Below are positions 1 through 9,742 of a DNA stretch of 64,000 nt, in pieces. The notes beneath the pieces were generated by a model. It was given only the letters and a program-made list of their open reading frames with translations, made no database searches and was not told the origin of the DNA. The stretch comes from an uncultured Gemmatimonadales bacterium (lineage in GTDB: Bacteria; Gemmatimonadota; Gemmatimonadetes; Longimicrobiales; RSA9): assembly GCA_963798085.1 (NCBI GenBank), contig CAWCRS010000002.1, forward strand, positions 64,001 through 128,000, given 5' to 3'. Made by a program: the position numbers and the translations under genes. Position 1 is the first letter of the stretch. Every line of letters begins with the position of its first letter.

Positions 1-250
1 GCACATCGCCGGCCGGCAGACTCCGAGCCCGCTCCCCTCGCATGGCAAAGAAAGCGCGACGAAAATGCCCTCTCCTCTTCCCTCCGGAAAGCGCTTCCGG
101 CAGCGGGGGGCACCCCGCGCCATCCCGAAGCGTAAAGCGGCGGCAGCGGTAGCGGTGTATCCAGCGAGGGACAGCAACCCCGCCCGCACTGCCGGGATCA
201 TAAACGGCGACAGGACCGCCCGGCGCGACGACCCGGAAAAAACAGAGCGA

Positions 251-803
251 ATGCAGCTGGAATCCGAGTACATCAGGCGGGCCCGCAAAGGCGATGGCGA
301 GGCTGTGCGCGAGCTGTATCGGCGCTACGCACCCCGCGTCTATGCCGTGGTCCGGCGGCTGGCCGGCGATGATGCGCTGGCGGAGGACTGGGCGCAGGAA
401 GCCTGGGTGCGCGCCATTCGCGCGCTGCCCGGATTCCGCGGCGATGCCCGCTTCTCCACCTGGCTGCACCGCATCGCCGTTAACAGCGCATTACACGGGC
501 GGCGCTGGCGCGACCGCCGCACCCGCAACGAAGTGCAGCTGCCCGCGGTGCTGCCCGGTGCACGCGCCGATCAGACGGCGCTGCGCCTCAGTCTCGAGCA
601 GGCCATGCAGCAGTTGCCCGACGGCATGCGCCAGGTGCTGGTGCTGCATGACGTGGAAGGCTACACGCACGAGGAGATCGGCACATTCCTCGGCGTCACG
701 CCCGGAACCTCGAAGAGTCAGCTGTTCAAGGCCCGGGCCCGCATGCGCAAGCTGCTGCGCTCCGCGCAGGAATTCGAATGGAGAGGAAGCATGCAACATT
801 TGA
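251..803 (+). CDS. ECF RNA polymerase sigma-70 factor (frameshift near 780)
   Basis: Region 2 (AEDWAQEAWVRA..FSTWLHRIAVN) and region 4 (VLHDVEGYTHEEIG..GTSKSQLFKAR). The natural end is probably ..GEEACNI* at 803 in another frame; the given ORF runs on into the anti-sigma start. Confidence 0.9.
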
Positions 804-1488
804 TGATCGAGACGATCGCCCGCCTGGTCGATGAGCGCGCCATCGCCTGAAGAGGCGGCGCATCTCGCCGACTGCGACGCGTGCCGCACCGAACTCGAGG
901 CCATGCGCGCGGACGCCGCTGCGCTCGCTGATCTGCCCATGATCGAGCCGCCGCCCACGGAGTGGCCGCAGCTCGAGGAGCGCCTGCTCGAGGAAGGCCT
1001 CATCCGGCGGCGCGCAGGCGAACGCCGCTGGCAGAGTAGCGCACTGCGCACGGCGGCCAGCATCGCCCTGTTCGCGCTGGGCGCGGCATCGGGCATTGCA
1101 TGGACGCGTGTCGACCGGCCGCTCGGCCTCACGCCCATCAGCGGCGGCGCGTCGCCGCTGATGCTGGGCCAGATCGAATGCCGCCACGCCCACCATCATT
1201 GCGGCCACGGCGCCGGCTTCGCCGGAAGAAACCATCCAGCTCTACCGCCAGGCGGAAGCGTTATACATGGACATGGTGACGCGCGTGTCCGAGATGGAAG
1301 ACCAGCGCCCCGGTGCTGATCCCGTTGCCCGCCTGGCCACGCTCGAGAGCATTGCCGCGATCACACGCTCGGCGCTCGATCAGGCGCCCGCGGATCCCAT
1401 AATCAACGGTTATCATCTCACGGCGCTCGCACAGAAGGAAGCAACCCTGCGACAGATCGCGGCGTCGAAGAATGGCAAATGGTTCTGA
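791..1488 (+). CDS. Zinc-binding (HxxxCxxC) membrane anti-sigma factor, split by about 2 frameshifts
   Basis: MQHL..ETIARLVDE, then HLADCDAC (ORF 831-1319), TM segment TAASIALFALGAASGIAW, C-terminus in ORF 1267-1488. Lies directly after the sigma gene. Confidence 0.7.
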
Positions 1489-1504
1489 TAACGGAGTGAT
1501 AGTC

Positions 1505-2662
1505 ATGAAACACAACCGCTCATTCGTCCTGATCGCACTGCTGCTGGCGCTGGGCGCGCAGCAGGCGGCAGCGCAGCGCGGTGGCGCGATCGCGCAGCGC
1601 GCCGCTTCGCCGGCACAGCGACGCGGCTACCTCGGATTCTCCTATGACCCGATCACCATCCGCCTGGCGGGCCAGCCGCGCGCCGCCGTCGAAGTGGTGG
1701 ACGTAGTGCGCAACTCGCCCGCCGAGCAGGCGGGACTGCAGGTCGGTGACACCATTGTCAGCATCAATGACATCCGTGTCAGCGAAGAATTCCTCAGCTC
1801 GCTGGGCACCACGCTCGCGCCCGGTGATGCCGTGCGCCTGCGCGTGCGCCGCGCCGGTCGGGATCGCGATCTGAACGTCGAAGCCGCGCCTCGCCCGGCC
1901 GACTACGACACGCCGCCTGACTTCAACCGCAGCTGGTCCTTCGAAGTGAGCCCCGACTCCATCCGCCGGCGCATGCGCATCTACCTCGACTCCGCGCGCA
2001 TCAGCCTGGACAGTCTGCACCTGCCCAGGCTGCGCGTCGAGCGCCTGCCCGGTGGCGGCAGCGTGTACATGTACAGCGACACGGGTCGCGTGAAGTTCTT
2101 CCCCATGGACAGCACGCTCTTCCGGCGCGACGGCGGCGGCTTCTGGATGTTCCCGCCTGACAGCGCATTTCGCTTCCGCTCGGACAGCTTGCTGCTGCGC
2201 GCGCTGCCCGGCAAAGGCTTCTTCTCGTTCGACGGCGACAGTCTCATGCGCATGCGTTTCGACACCCTGCGCATGAAACTCGGCGAGCTGCCGCGCGGCC
2301 GCATCTACGGCCTCAATGGCGACAGTCTGTTCCAGTTCCAGCCGGGTCCCGACCGCGGCTTCGGCGTGGGCATCCTCGGCATGCGCGCGGTGGGCGGCGC
2401 CGAGCTGACCGACCTGAATCCCGACCTGGGCGAGTATTTCGGCGCCGACCAGGGCGTGCTGGTGGTGCGCGTGCCCAATGGCACGCCGGCCGAGCACGCG
2501 GGCCTCGAGGCGGGTGACGTCATCGTCAGCGCCAACGGCCGCGACGTCTCCTCCGTCGCCGAGCTGCGCCGTGCCATTGCCTCGGCCTCGTCCCGTGCCA
2601 ACATCCGGCTCGAGATCATTCGCAAGAAGGCGCACCGCACCATCGACCTGCGCCAGGACTGA
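1505..2662 (+). CDS. Secreted two-PDZ-domain protein
   Basis: Signal peptide MKHNRSFVLIALLLALGA. PDZ motifs GYLG..SPAEQAGLQVGDTIVSIN and GTPAEHAGLEAGDVIVSANG. No trypsin domain visible. Confidence 0.8.
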   Translation: MKHNRSFVLIALLLALGAQQAAAQRGGAIAQRAASPAQRRGYLGFSYDPITIRLAGQPRAAVEVVDVVRNSPAEQAGLQVGDTIVSINDIRVSEEFLSSLGTTLAPGDAVRLRVRRAGRDRDLNVEAAPRPADYDTPPDFNRSWSFEVSPDSIRRRMRIYLDSARISLDSLHLPRLRVERLPGGGSVYMYSDTGRVKFFPMDSTLFRRDGGGFWMFPPDSAFRFRSDSLLLRALPGKGFFSFDGDSLMRMRFDTLRMKLGELPRGRIYGLNGDSLFQFQPGPDRGFGVGILGMRAVGGAELTDLNPDLGEYFGADQGVLVVRVPNGTPAEHAGLEAGDVIVSANGRDVSSVAELRRAIASASSRANIRLEIIRKKAHRTIDLRQD

Positions 2663-2761
2663 GGGGTCGGCGCCGCCCTCCGGTCCCCTCCAGGGCGCAC
2701 GACCCGGCCCCCGTCCGTCGCGGCATTTTGCGCGGCGGGCGGGGGTCCTTACTTTGCCACT

Positions 2762-3751
2762 GTGTCGAAACAACCACGCGTCAATGACATCATCACACCC
2801 GAGTCGTTCGCGGTCGCGCCCGGACTGCTCGGTCTGCCACTGGCCAAGCCATGGCGACGCGCGTGCGCTTTCCTCTTCGACCTGATTCCCGTCGCCATAC
2901 TCTCGAAGGCCGGCGTCGTCTGGTTCCTCGCGTTCCTCGCAGCCACGCTCGTCTGGCGAGGCCTCTCGTACGGCAGCGGCCGCGCGGGTCCGGGACTGCC
3001 CGCGTTCGCGCGCGCAGGCATGGGCTTCCTCGCACTCATCGCAGTCCTGAGAGTGGGCGGCGCACTGCGCCGCGATGTGAAGAAGCTCGAAGGCGACGAC
3101 GCGAATCCACCATCCGCCGATTCCATTGCCCGCATCGTCAGTTCGGCAATGGCAACGGCGGGCGTATCCGGCGCGGTGCCAGGCCTCGACGCTCTTCCTG
3201 CCAATGCATCGCTGCACGGCGATACCACGCTGCTGCACTTCGCGCAGGCCCTGCTCGCCGGCGACACCAGCCGCGTCCGCGCGCTGCGCGCCGGCGCGGA
3301 GACCGCGATGCACGCTTCGCAGCCTGATTGGGCCGCGACGGGAATGGCCGACCTGGCACGTCGTAATGAGGAGTTAAAGAAGGAGAACGATCGTCTGAAG
3401 AAGCAGAGCGCCTCGCCGCACGGCATCAAGGCCGTCATCTCCGCCATGCTGGATGACCTGGGCATTGGCTTCGGCTGGGGCGCCCTCTACTTCACCACAC
3501 TGCTGGTGCTGGGCCATGGACAGACGCCCGGCAAGCGATTCATGGGCATCCGTGTGATCCGCCTCGACGCCGAGCCCATCGGCTGGTGGATGGCCTTTGA
3601 GCGCTTCGGCAGCTACTTCGCGTCCTTGTCTACGGGCCTGCTCGGGTTCGCCCAGATCTTCTGGGACCGGAATCGCCAGGCACTGCACGACAAGTGCGTG
3701 GAGTCCGTGGTGATCCGTGTGCAGCCGGGAGCACCCGCGGCGGCCGACTGA
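2762..3751 (+). CDS. RDD family membrane protein
   Basis: LAKPWRRACAFLFD, GQTPGKRFMGIRVI and RQALHDK motifs. Confidence 0.85.
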   Translation: MSKQPRVNDIITPESFAVAPGLLGLPLAKPWRRACAFLFDLIPVAILSKAGVVWFLAFLAATLVWRGLSYGSGRAGPGLPAFARAGMGFLALIAVLRVGGALRRDVKKLEGDDANPPSADSIARIVSSAMATAGVSGAVPGLDALPANASLHGDTTLLHFAQALLAGDTSRVRALRAGAETAMHASQPDWAATGMADLARRNEELKKENDRLKKQSASPHGIKAVISAMLDDLGIGFGWGALYFTTLLVLGHGQTPGKRFMGIRVIRLDAEPIGWWMAFERFGSYFASLSTGLLGFAQIFWDRNRQALHDKCVESVVIRVQPGAPAAAD

Positions 3752-3772
3752 GCAGCGCTCCCGCTGGACCCA

Positions 3773-5110
3773 TCAATGCCGCAACACCCGCAACAGTCGC
3801 TCGGCCGCGCGCTCCCCGCTCATCACTGCTCCTTCCACGGTGGGCGCCACCAGATAGTCCCCGGCCAGGGCGACGCGCTCCGGCAACCATTCTTGCTTCA
3901 GCCGCACCAGGTGACGGATGTAGCCGGGATAGAACTGCGTGTGACTCTCTGGATGGCGGTAGACCTTCATCGCGCGCGCGTTGCGCGAAAGACCCGGCAA
4001 CACAGCGTCCAGAGCCGGCAGCATCTGCGCCGGCACGTCGTCGGGTGCGGCCGCAAGCAGCTCCTGCACGGCGGCGGGAGCTGACAGCAGGAGCACCGCG
4101 CCCCGGTCTGCTGGCACCTGTCCTGTCGCCTTCGAGGATGGCAGACACACTGCGGCCACGCGTGCACCGGCCCGCGTGCGCCGTGGCAGGCCCAGACCGA
4201 ACCAGCCGGCACGCACCGGCCTCTCGGTCACTACTGCCAGCGTCAACGCGCCGGCCACACGCACGCCCTCCAGCCACGACTGCATCTCGGCCGCGCCATC
4301 GAGCAGCGCGCGGGATGCTGCCGCCGGCACTGCCAGCACGACGGCACTGTAACGCGCATCGTCGCCTGCCGACGTCAGTGTTATGCCATGCGCGTCGGCG
4401 TGCATGCCCTCGACACTGGTGTCCAGCCGCATCGTGACACCGGCTGTTTCCAGCGCAGCCGCCAGTGCGGCCGTCAGCGCGCCCGTACCGCCCCGGACCG
4501 CGTACAGCTTCACGTCCAGCCCGACACGCGCCAGCGCGTGATAGAACGCCGCGCTGCTGCCCTCGGGAGTGGCGCCGTGGTAGGCGGCAAGGAACGGATA
4601 TGCCAGCAACTCGACAAACTCGTCGCCGAGCTCGCGCAGACCCCATGCACCAATCGATTCGTCGTCCAGCGCAGCGCCGCCACTGCCCGCCAGATCGTTG
4701 ACATCGAGACCACGGCAATGCGTGCTGAGGTACGTCAGGTACCGCGTCGCGAGTCGCAGCTTGAGTCCAAGGGGCAGTGCGGATGAGGCCGCCATACTGG
4801 TTACGGAGCCGTACCCAATGGCGTGGATCTCCTGTTCCCGCCACAGCGCATCCCGCCCGGACGTGCGCACCAGTAGTCGCTCTGCCGCTATCTCGTGCAG
4901 AAGCTGCCGCAAGCGGGTGTAATTCGAGCCGATCATCTGCACCGCGGTATCAACCACTACGCCGTCCAGAAGCTCGCTCCGCACATTGCCGCCCATCGTG
5001 TCCAGCCGTTCGTAGATCTCGACGCGCTGCCCGGCTTTCACCAGCCGCCAGGCCGCCGCCAATCCCGCCGGCCCTCCACCCACCACGGCTACTGTGCCCG
5101 TCGCCGGCAT
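3773..5110 (-). CDS. FAD-dependent oxidoreductase (protoporphyrinogen oxidase/amine oxidase family)
   Basis: VAVVGGGPAGLAAA dinucleotide-binding motif, E..GG, and C-terminal LAGDY...VEGAVMSG. Confidence 0.85.
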   Translation of the reverse strand: MPATGTVAVVGGGPAGLAAAWRLVKAGQRVEIYERLDTMGGNVRSELLDGVVVDTAVQMIGSNYTRLRQLLHEIAAERLLVRTSGRDALWREQEIHAIGYGSVTSMAASSALPLGLKLRLATRYLTYLSTHCRGLDVNDLAGSGGAALDDESIGAWGLRELGDEFVELLAYPFLAAYHGATPEGSSAAFYHALARVGLDVKLYAVRGGTGALTAALAAALETAGVTMRLDTSVEGMHADAHGITLTSAGDDARYSAVVLAVPAAASRALLDGAAEMQSWLEGVRVAGALTLAVVTERPVRAGWFGLGLPRRTRAGARVAAVCLPSSKATGQVPADRGAVLLLSAPAAVQELLAAAPDDVPAQMLPALDAVLPGLSRNARAMKVYRHPESHTQFYPGYIRHLVRLKQEWLPERVALAGDYLVAPTVEGAVMSGERAAERLLRVLRH

Positions 5111-5148
5111 CGCACGATCACGTCATGCGCCCGCTCACGGCCCCGCAG

Positions 5149-5184
5149 AAAAAAAGGCGTCGGTGGCCTGTCGCCACCGACGCC
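5149..5184 (-). terminator. Rho-independent terminator
   Basis: 12-bp perfect stem GGCGTCGGTGGC/GCCACCGACGCC with a 5-nt loop, followed by T7 on the minus strand. Confidence 0.85.
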
Positions 5185-5223
5185 CCTCTCGGGCTCCGGT
5201 CGTTGCTGTCTGCTGCTCTGGTG

Positions 5224-5394
5224 CTACGCCGCGCTTCGCCGCCCGAACGGTATGGCCGGGACGGGCCGCACTTTGCCACCCCAGATGAACGCCGCGACCG
5301 TTGGCCGGCGCGGCGGCTCGAATCCCAATCGGATCACGATACCGGGCACCACGGGCGGCTTCCGCTTCGCCGGAAGCTCGCGCTTCCCATCCAT
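5224..5394 (-). CDS. Small basic hypothetical protein (56 aa)
   Basis: GAGGAGGAG RBS immediately before the ATG; followed by a strong terminator. Confidence 0.5.
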   Translation of the reverse strand: MDGKRELPAKRKPPVVPGIVIRLGFEPPRRPTVAAFIWGGKVRPVPAIPFGRRSAA

Positions 5395-5550
5395 TGCTCC
5401 TCCTCGAGTCTGACACGCCGGCCGCAAGTCCGTAAGCGGCAGGCACGAGCGCGCCGCACGTGAAATCACGGCGCTCCCACTCTTCAGGCAGGGAATAGAC
5501 CAGAGCCGAGCGACGGGCGTAAGTCAATGTACTGCAAACGGTTGCGCTGA

Positions 5551-5859
5551 TCAGCTGACAGCGCGCGCGCCCCCGAGCGTCCGCTTTCGTGATCGCACCT
5601 GCGTGTCGGTCCGACACAAACGCTGCCACGCACGGAAGTCGGGCAGTCGCAGCCGCTCGAGCAGCAACGCGTCGACCGCATCGCAAAGCAGGATTTCGGT
5701 GAGCGGGTACTGGCCATCCGGTGCATGGAAGAGTTGCTGCACCGCCTCCTCGGCAAGGTCGAGGAGTTCGTCGCGGGTCAGGCTCGACTTGTATTCCTCG
5801 AGCTGGTCCTCGACCCACAACAGATATTGCTGGCGTGGCATGGCATCGGGTGCCGTCAT
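5551..5859 (-). CDS. Hypothetical protein
   Basis: Globular, helical composition (QYLLWVEDQLEEYKSSLTRDELLDLAEEAV). Confidence 0.65.
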   Translation of the reverse strand: MTAPDAMPRQQYLLWVEDQLEEYKSSLTRDELLDLAEEAVQQLFHAPDGQYPLTEILLCDAVDALLLERLRLPDFRAWQRLCRTDTQVRSRKRTLGGARAVS

Positions 5860-5978
5860 CGTGCGGAAAGTGTACGGTTGCGCGCGCGTGCGCACAAGAA
5901 CGACAATGACGTGATCGCAATACAGTGTTGGGTCCCAACGCGCTGTTTAGATGATGGGCAGGCGGCGGGCTCAGATCA

Positions 5979-6632
5979 TCAGGGTGTCGGTTTCGCTCCA
6001 TTGCCGCACGTGCGCCTGCGATCGGCGGTGATCTGGCGCGTGAGCGCGGAGTCGGCCTGAAGTTGCACCGCTCGTGCGAGCGTCTGGCAGGCGGCCTCGC
6101 GCCGTCCGCTCAGCGCCTGCGCGCGTGACAGCCAGAGGAAGCCTTCCGTGCGATGGGGACTGTTCGGGTAGTCGTTGACGAGACGTTCGAGGTAACCCGC
6201 CGCGCGGGCTGCGGCGTCTGGCGACTTTCCGGTGCTGGCCGCAGCGCTGAGCCCCTGACCGAGGCGAAGCAGCGCCAGCGAGGCCGCGTCCGAGACCGGA
6301 TAGCCAAGCGCGACGCCGAGGTAGGCCGCCTGGGCGGCATCCCAGGTGGCTGCAAGCCTGGCCTCGAGCAGAAGCGCGTGCGCACGCATGGCGTCGGTGG
6401 TACGCGGGTCGCCTTTCGGATGCGTCGCGTTCCACTGCGCGAACGCATCGCGGGCCTGTGACATGCGCCCGGCATCGATCAGCGCAGTAATGCCGGAGAA
6501 TCCCGTGTCGGCAGCCATGGCGCGCTGGCGCGCCAGCACAGGCCGGCAGAGCAGTGGCACCGCGAGCAGCGGAAAGAGCGCGGCGCAATGCCGCCAGTGA
6601 GTCCTCGTGTGTGGGCTGCGTGGCGGAGTCAT
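5979..6632 (-). CDS. Exported TPR-like protein (CpoB/YbgF-like C-terminal TPRs)
   Basis: Signal-like N-terminus, YP.S..A..ALLRLG and DYPNS..TEGFLWL..ACQTL repeats; 4-bp overlap with holA. Confidence 0.6.
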   Translation of the reverse strand: MTPPRSPHTRTHWRHCAALFPLLAVPLLCRPVLARQRAMAADTGFSGITALIDAGRMSQARDAFAQWNATHPKGDPRTTDAMRAHALLLEARLAATWDAAQAAYLGVALGYPVSDAASLALLRLGQGLSAAASTGKSPDAAARAAGYLERLVNDYPNSPHRTEGFLWLSRAQALSGRREAACQTLARAVQLQADSALTRQITADRRRTCGNGAKPTP

Positions 6633-7636
6633 GCGGCTGCCGTGTGACGGCTTTCCAGGCGCAGCAGAAGTTCCTCCATGACGCGGTGCTCTTCGAGTGA
6701 GCTGGACTTGAGCAGGCGGTCTGCGCGCTGCACATCATCGAGGGCGGCATCGAGACGAATGAGGGACCAGGAGCGAGCCTGGCGCGCGAGCCGCGAAGCC
6801 AGCCAGCGCTGGTGCGGCGGCAGAATCTCGAGCGTGGCTCTCTCGCCGCCCGTGAGCGCGACCCCGATACGCAGCAGCTGGGAACCAAGGCCGGCCAGCA
6901 GGCCCACGGCGTTGTCGGCCTCCAGCAACGTTGCCAGGGCGTGACGCGCATCGACGAAGCGCGCATCGCCCACCAGATCGAACCAGTCCCAGCGATTGTG
7001 GCGCGGAACGTAGCCAACGAGTGCACGAACGTCCTCGACTTCGATCCGCTTCCGGTCGGCTGCGTAATCCGTGAGCTTGTGCAGCTCCTGCACGAGTCGG
7101 CCCAGCTCCGGCCCGGCAGCAGCGGCCAGTGCGCGCGCCGCCCCCGGCTCGAGCGTGACGCCCGCGTCGGCGGCGTGGCGGATCAGCCAGTCCGGCAGTT
7201 CCCCCTGGGGCAGCGCATTGACGCGGCAGTCCATCGCGTTCTTCGCCAGCTGTTGCCAGATGCGCGGAGTGTTCTTCTCGTCGATCTGGGCGACAACGAC
7301 GAACGCCAGCCCGGGGAGTTTCCGATTGATCAGCAGTTCGAGAACAGAGCGGGCACGGGCGTTGGCTGCGAGCGCCTGCGCCTCACGCACCACGACGACG
7401 CGCCACTCGGCGAGCATGGGCGGCGTCTGACACACGGATGCCAGTGTTTCGGGATCGAGTCCCGGACCCCTCAGCTGGTCGAGATTGAAATCGCGTGTGG
7501 CGGGATCGAGGTGCGCCGCGATGAGCAGCTGCACCGCCTCTTCCTTGAGGTACTCCTCGTCGCCGTGCAGGAACCATGTGCCGCCCCGCTCTCCGCGCGC
7601 GACCGCCTTCCGCAGTGCGTCGACGGTGAGAGGCAC
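6629..7636 (-). CDS. holA: DNA polymerase III subunit delta
   Basis: FLHGDEEYL, RDFNLDQL, QTPPMLAEWRVVVV, ELHKL, DRLLKSS. Confidence 0.92.
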   Translation of the reverse strand: MPLTVDALRKAVARGERGGTWFLHGDEEYLKEEAVQLLIAAHLDPATRDFNLDQLRGPGLDPETLASVCQTPPMLAEWRVVVVREAQALAANARARSVLELLINRKLPGLAFVVVAQIDEKNTPRIWQQLAKNAMDCRVNALPQGELPDWLIRHAADAGVTLEPGAARALAAAAGPELGRLVQELHKLTDYAADRKRIEVEDVRALVGYVPRHNRWDWFDLVGDARFVDARHALATLLEADNAVGLLAGLGSQLLRIGVALTGGERATLEILPPHQRWLASRLARQARSWSLIRLDAALDDVQRADRLLKSSSLEEHRVMEELLLRLESRHTAAA

Positions 7637-7639
7637 GGG

Positions 7640-8254
7640 TCAGTTGGGCCGGACGATCCCGGTGAGGACGGTGCGGCCGCCCGTGTTGTGCAGCGGTGGC
7701 ATGATGCGGAGCGGCGAGTACGGACCCGGGAAGGGATCGCTCACCGTGGGCGGCCGCAGCGGCGCGCGGCCCGGACTCATGGGCCCGTACCACCAGTCCC
7801 AGTCGTCATCCGTGCGCACCACGCTGTTGCGGTTGCTAACCTGCTGTTCGGGCTCCGCCGCCAGCGCGGTCACGGTGCTCGTGCGGCTATTGGCGGGGTG
7901 CGAGAAGAGCGGGCTCCACGCGACCAGCGCCACCATTCCGGCGAGCGCCAGGGCGAGAGCCGTACCGGACTGTGCGGCCCTGCGATGCTGCGACACTTCT
8001 TCGTCCACCGCACGCATGCGTGCGTGCAGACGGAATTCGAAGCCCGGTGTCGGCTCTACCGGGCTCAGCGCCTGGACTTCACTCAGCCCGCGACTGAGCA
8101 CGCGCAGGTAACGCGCGCAGGCCGCGCACTGCTCCACGTGAGCGCGCAGACGCGCGCTGTCGGCGGTGGACAGCACCTGGTCAATGTACTCACCTGCAAG
8201 CTGTATGCAGTCGTCGCAGGTGAGTGGTGCAACGTGCGGAACCATGCTCGACAC
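7640..8254 (-). CDS. zf-HC2 anti-sigma factor
   Basis: TCDDC...YID...HVEQCAAC followed by a TM helix. Confidence 0.8.
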   Translation of the reverse strand: MSSMVPHVAPLTCDDCIQLAGEYIDQVLSTADSARLRAHVEQCAACARYLRVLSRGLSEVQALSPVEPTPGFEFRLHARMRAVDEEVSQHRRAAQSGTALALALAGMVALVAWSPLFSHPANSRTSTVTALAAEPEQQVSNRNSVVRTDDDWDWWYGPMSPGRAPLRPPTVSDPFPGPYSPLRIMPPLHNTGGRTVLTGIVRPN

Positions 8255-8382
8255 CCTGTGGGAACCACGTGCCCGCCATTCTCATGGCCGGCCGCTCGTA
8301 CGTGCCTCGATTTCTGGCCTTGCCGTCGAAGCAGGGGTTTCTACGGAGCATGCACCGAGGATGTTCCGACGGTCCGTCAGGC

Positions 8383-8637
8383 TCAGTTGCCCAGCTCGAC
8401 TGCATCCACACCTTCGGCCGTCAGCCTGGCCATGCCGCCCTGATAATCGTCGACTTTGACCAGGCCCTTTTCCTCGAGGTACTCCAGCACCCGGATCGAC
8501 GCATCGCGGTCCATCTCGAGTGAAGCGCCCACCTCGAAGACGTCCACGAACTGGCTGACGCTCGCTCCCACCCGGTCGTACAGCTTCCGCAGGAACGCCT
8601 TGCGCCGGGCGTGTCGCAGTTTCAGGTCCTCGCTCAT
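8383..8637 (-). CDS. Small winged-helix-like hypothetical protein
   Basis: FLRKLYD...VLEYLEEKGLVKV....RLTAEGVDAVE is a wHTH-like pattern. Confidence 0.65.
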   Translation of the reverse strand: MSEDLKLRHARRKAFLRKLYDRVGASVSQFVDVFEVGASLEMDRDASIRVLEYLEEKGLVKVDDYQGGMARLTAEGVDAVELGN

Positions 8638-8681
8638 GTGCCTGAGTGTGGAGTGCTGCACGGCAGGGGCGCAACGGCTGG

Positions 8682-8715
8682 AAAAAAGAACCCCGCGGGG
8701 GCTCACCCGCGGGGT
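8682..8715 (-). terminator. Rho-independent terminator after the ECF sigma gene
   Basis: ACCCCGCGGG/CCCGCGGGGT stem followed by TCTTTTTT on the minus strand. Confidence 0.8.
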
Positions 8716-8771
8716 CCGGCGGTTCCGCGTCCGTACGCGGTTCACCCCCGACAGACTGCGTCCGGTACGCG

Positions 8772-9415
8772 CTAGTCCAGCATCGGGGAGATGAGGTTGG
8801 CGAAGTTGTTCCTCGCCCGATTCAAGCGGCTCTTCACGGTGCCCAGGTTCACACCTGTGATCTCGGAGATTTCCTCGTACGTCTTGCCTTCCATTTCACG
8901 CAGCACGAACACCGTCCGGTGATGCTCCGGCAGCTGACTCCACCGCGCGTTCCGACCATCGCCTTGAGGTGTCGCTTCCGGAAAAGGTCATCCGGTCGAT
9001 ACGTGTTGTCTTCCCACTCGAGCGGCCGGTGATCGGAGTCCCAGTTGCGCTTGATCGTCTGGAAAAGCACCAGCGGGTTGCGCGAGCGGTTGCGCAGCTC
9101 GTTCTTCGCCAGGTTCCCCGCGATCGTGTACACCCACGTCGAGAACTTCTTGGTCTGATCGAACCGGTGCAGATGGCGGTAGACGCGAATGAACGTCTCC
9201 TGCACGAGATCCTCGGCGCGATCACGGTCACCAATGGTCCGGTAGATGAAGTTGATCAGCCGGACATGATAGCGATTCGCCAGCTCGGTGAACGCCCGCT
9301 TCTCGCCTGCGAGAAAGGCCGCAGCCAGCCCGCTGTCGTCCAGTTCGGCGAGGCGCGGCTGAGCGCCGGGTTCTGCGTCCCGGTGCAGCTCGATTGTCCG
9401 ACTCGTCCCGATCAT
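8772..9415 (-). CDS. ECF sigma-70 factor (SigW/RpoE-like), frameshift near 8950
   Basis: AEDLVQETFIRVY..KFSTWVYTIAGNLAKN. Region 4 (LPEHHRTVFVLREMEGKTYEEISEIT..LGTVKSRLNRAR) is in another frame ending at TAG 8772. Confidence 0.9.
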
Positions 9416-9742
9416 CGTTCCCTCGCATCCTTGGAGGCGATCACCGGCCGGGCGGTTGCCCGGCTCTGTGTGCCTCCGCGACCCGACCCGTTCCGCCGCT
9501 GGGAAAGAGCACGAATCATACCGGCCAGCCACTTCGATCCACCACTCTTCGCGGTCGGGTCCATAAAATTGTACCACATATAGTTACGCATTCTGGACCC
9601 ACTCGGATTCAACGCCAGGGAGCGTCCCGTTGCGGGGACACAATCGGGCCGCCGGTGGCACAAAAAACGGTCAGACTGACATGAGGCCGCGTCGGTCGCA
9701 TGACCTGTATGACGCGCAAGCCGGCGGGATGTGGACAGCGGC

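Noticed and set aside
1520..3313. Long antisense or alternative-frame ORFs (also 6812-8443, 17008-18555, 51400-53049 and others)
   Set aside because: Shadow ORFs of well-supported genes, expected in high-GC DNA; they carry no motifs.
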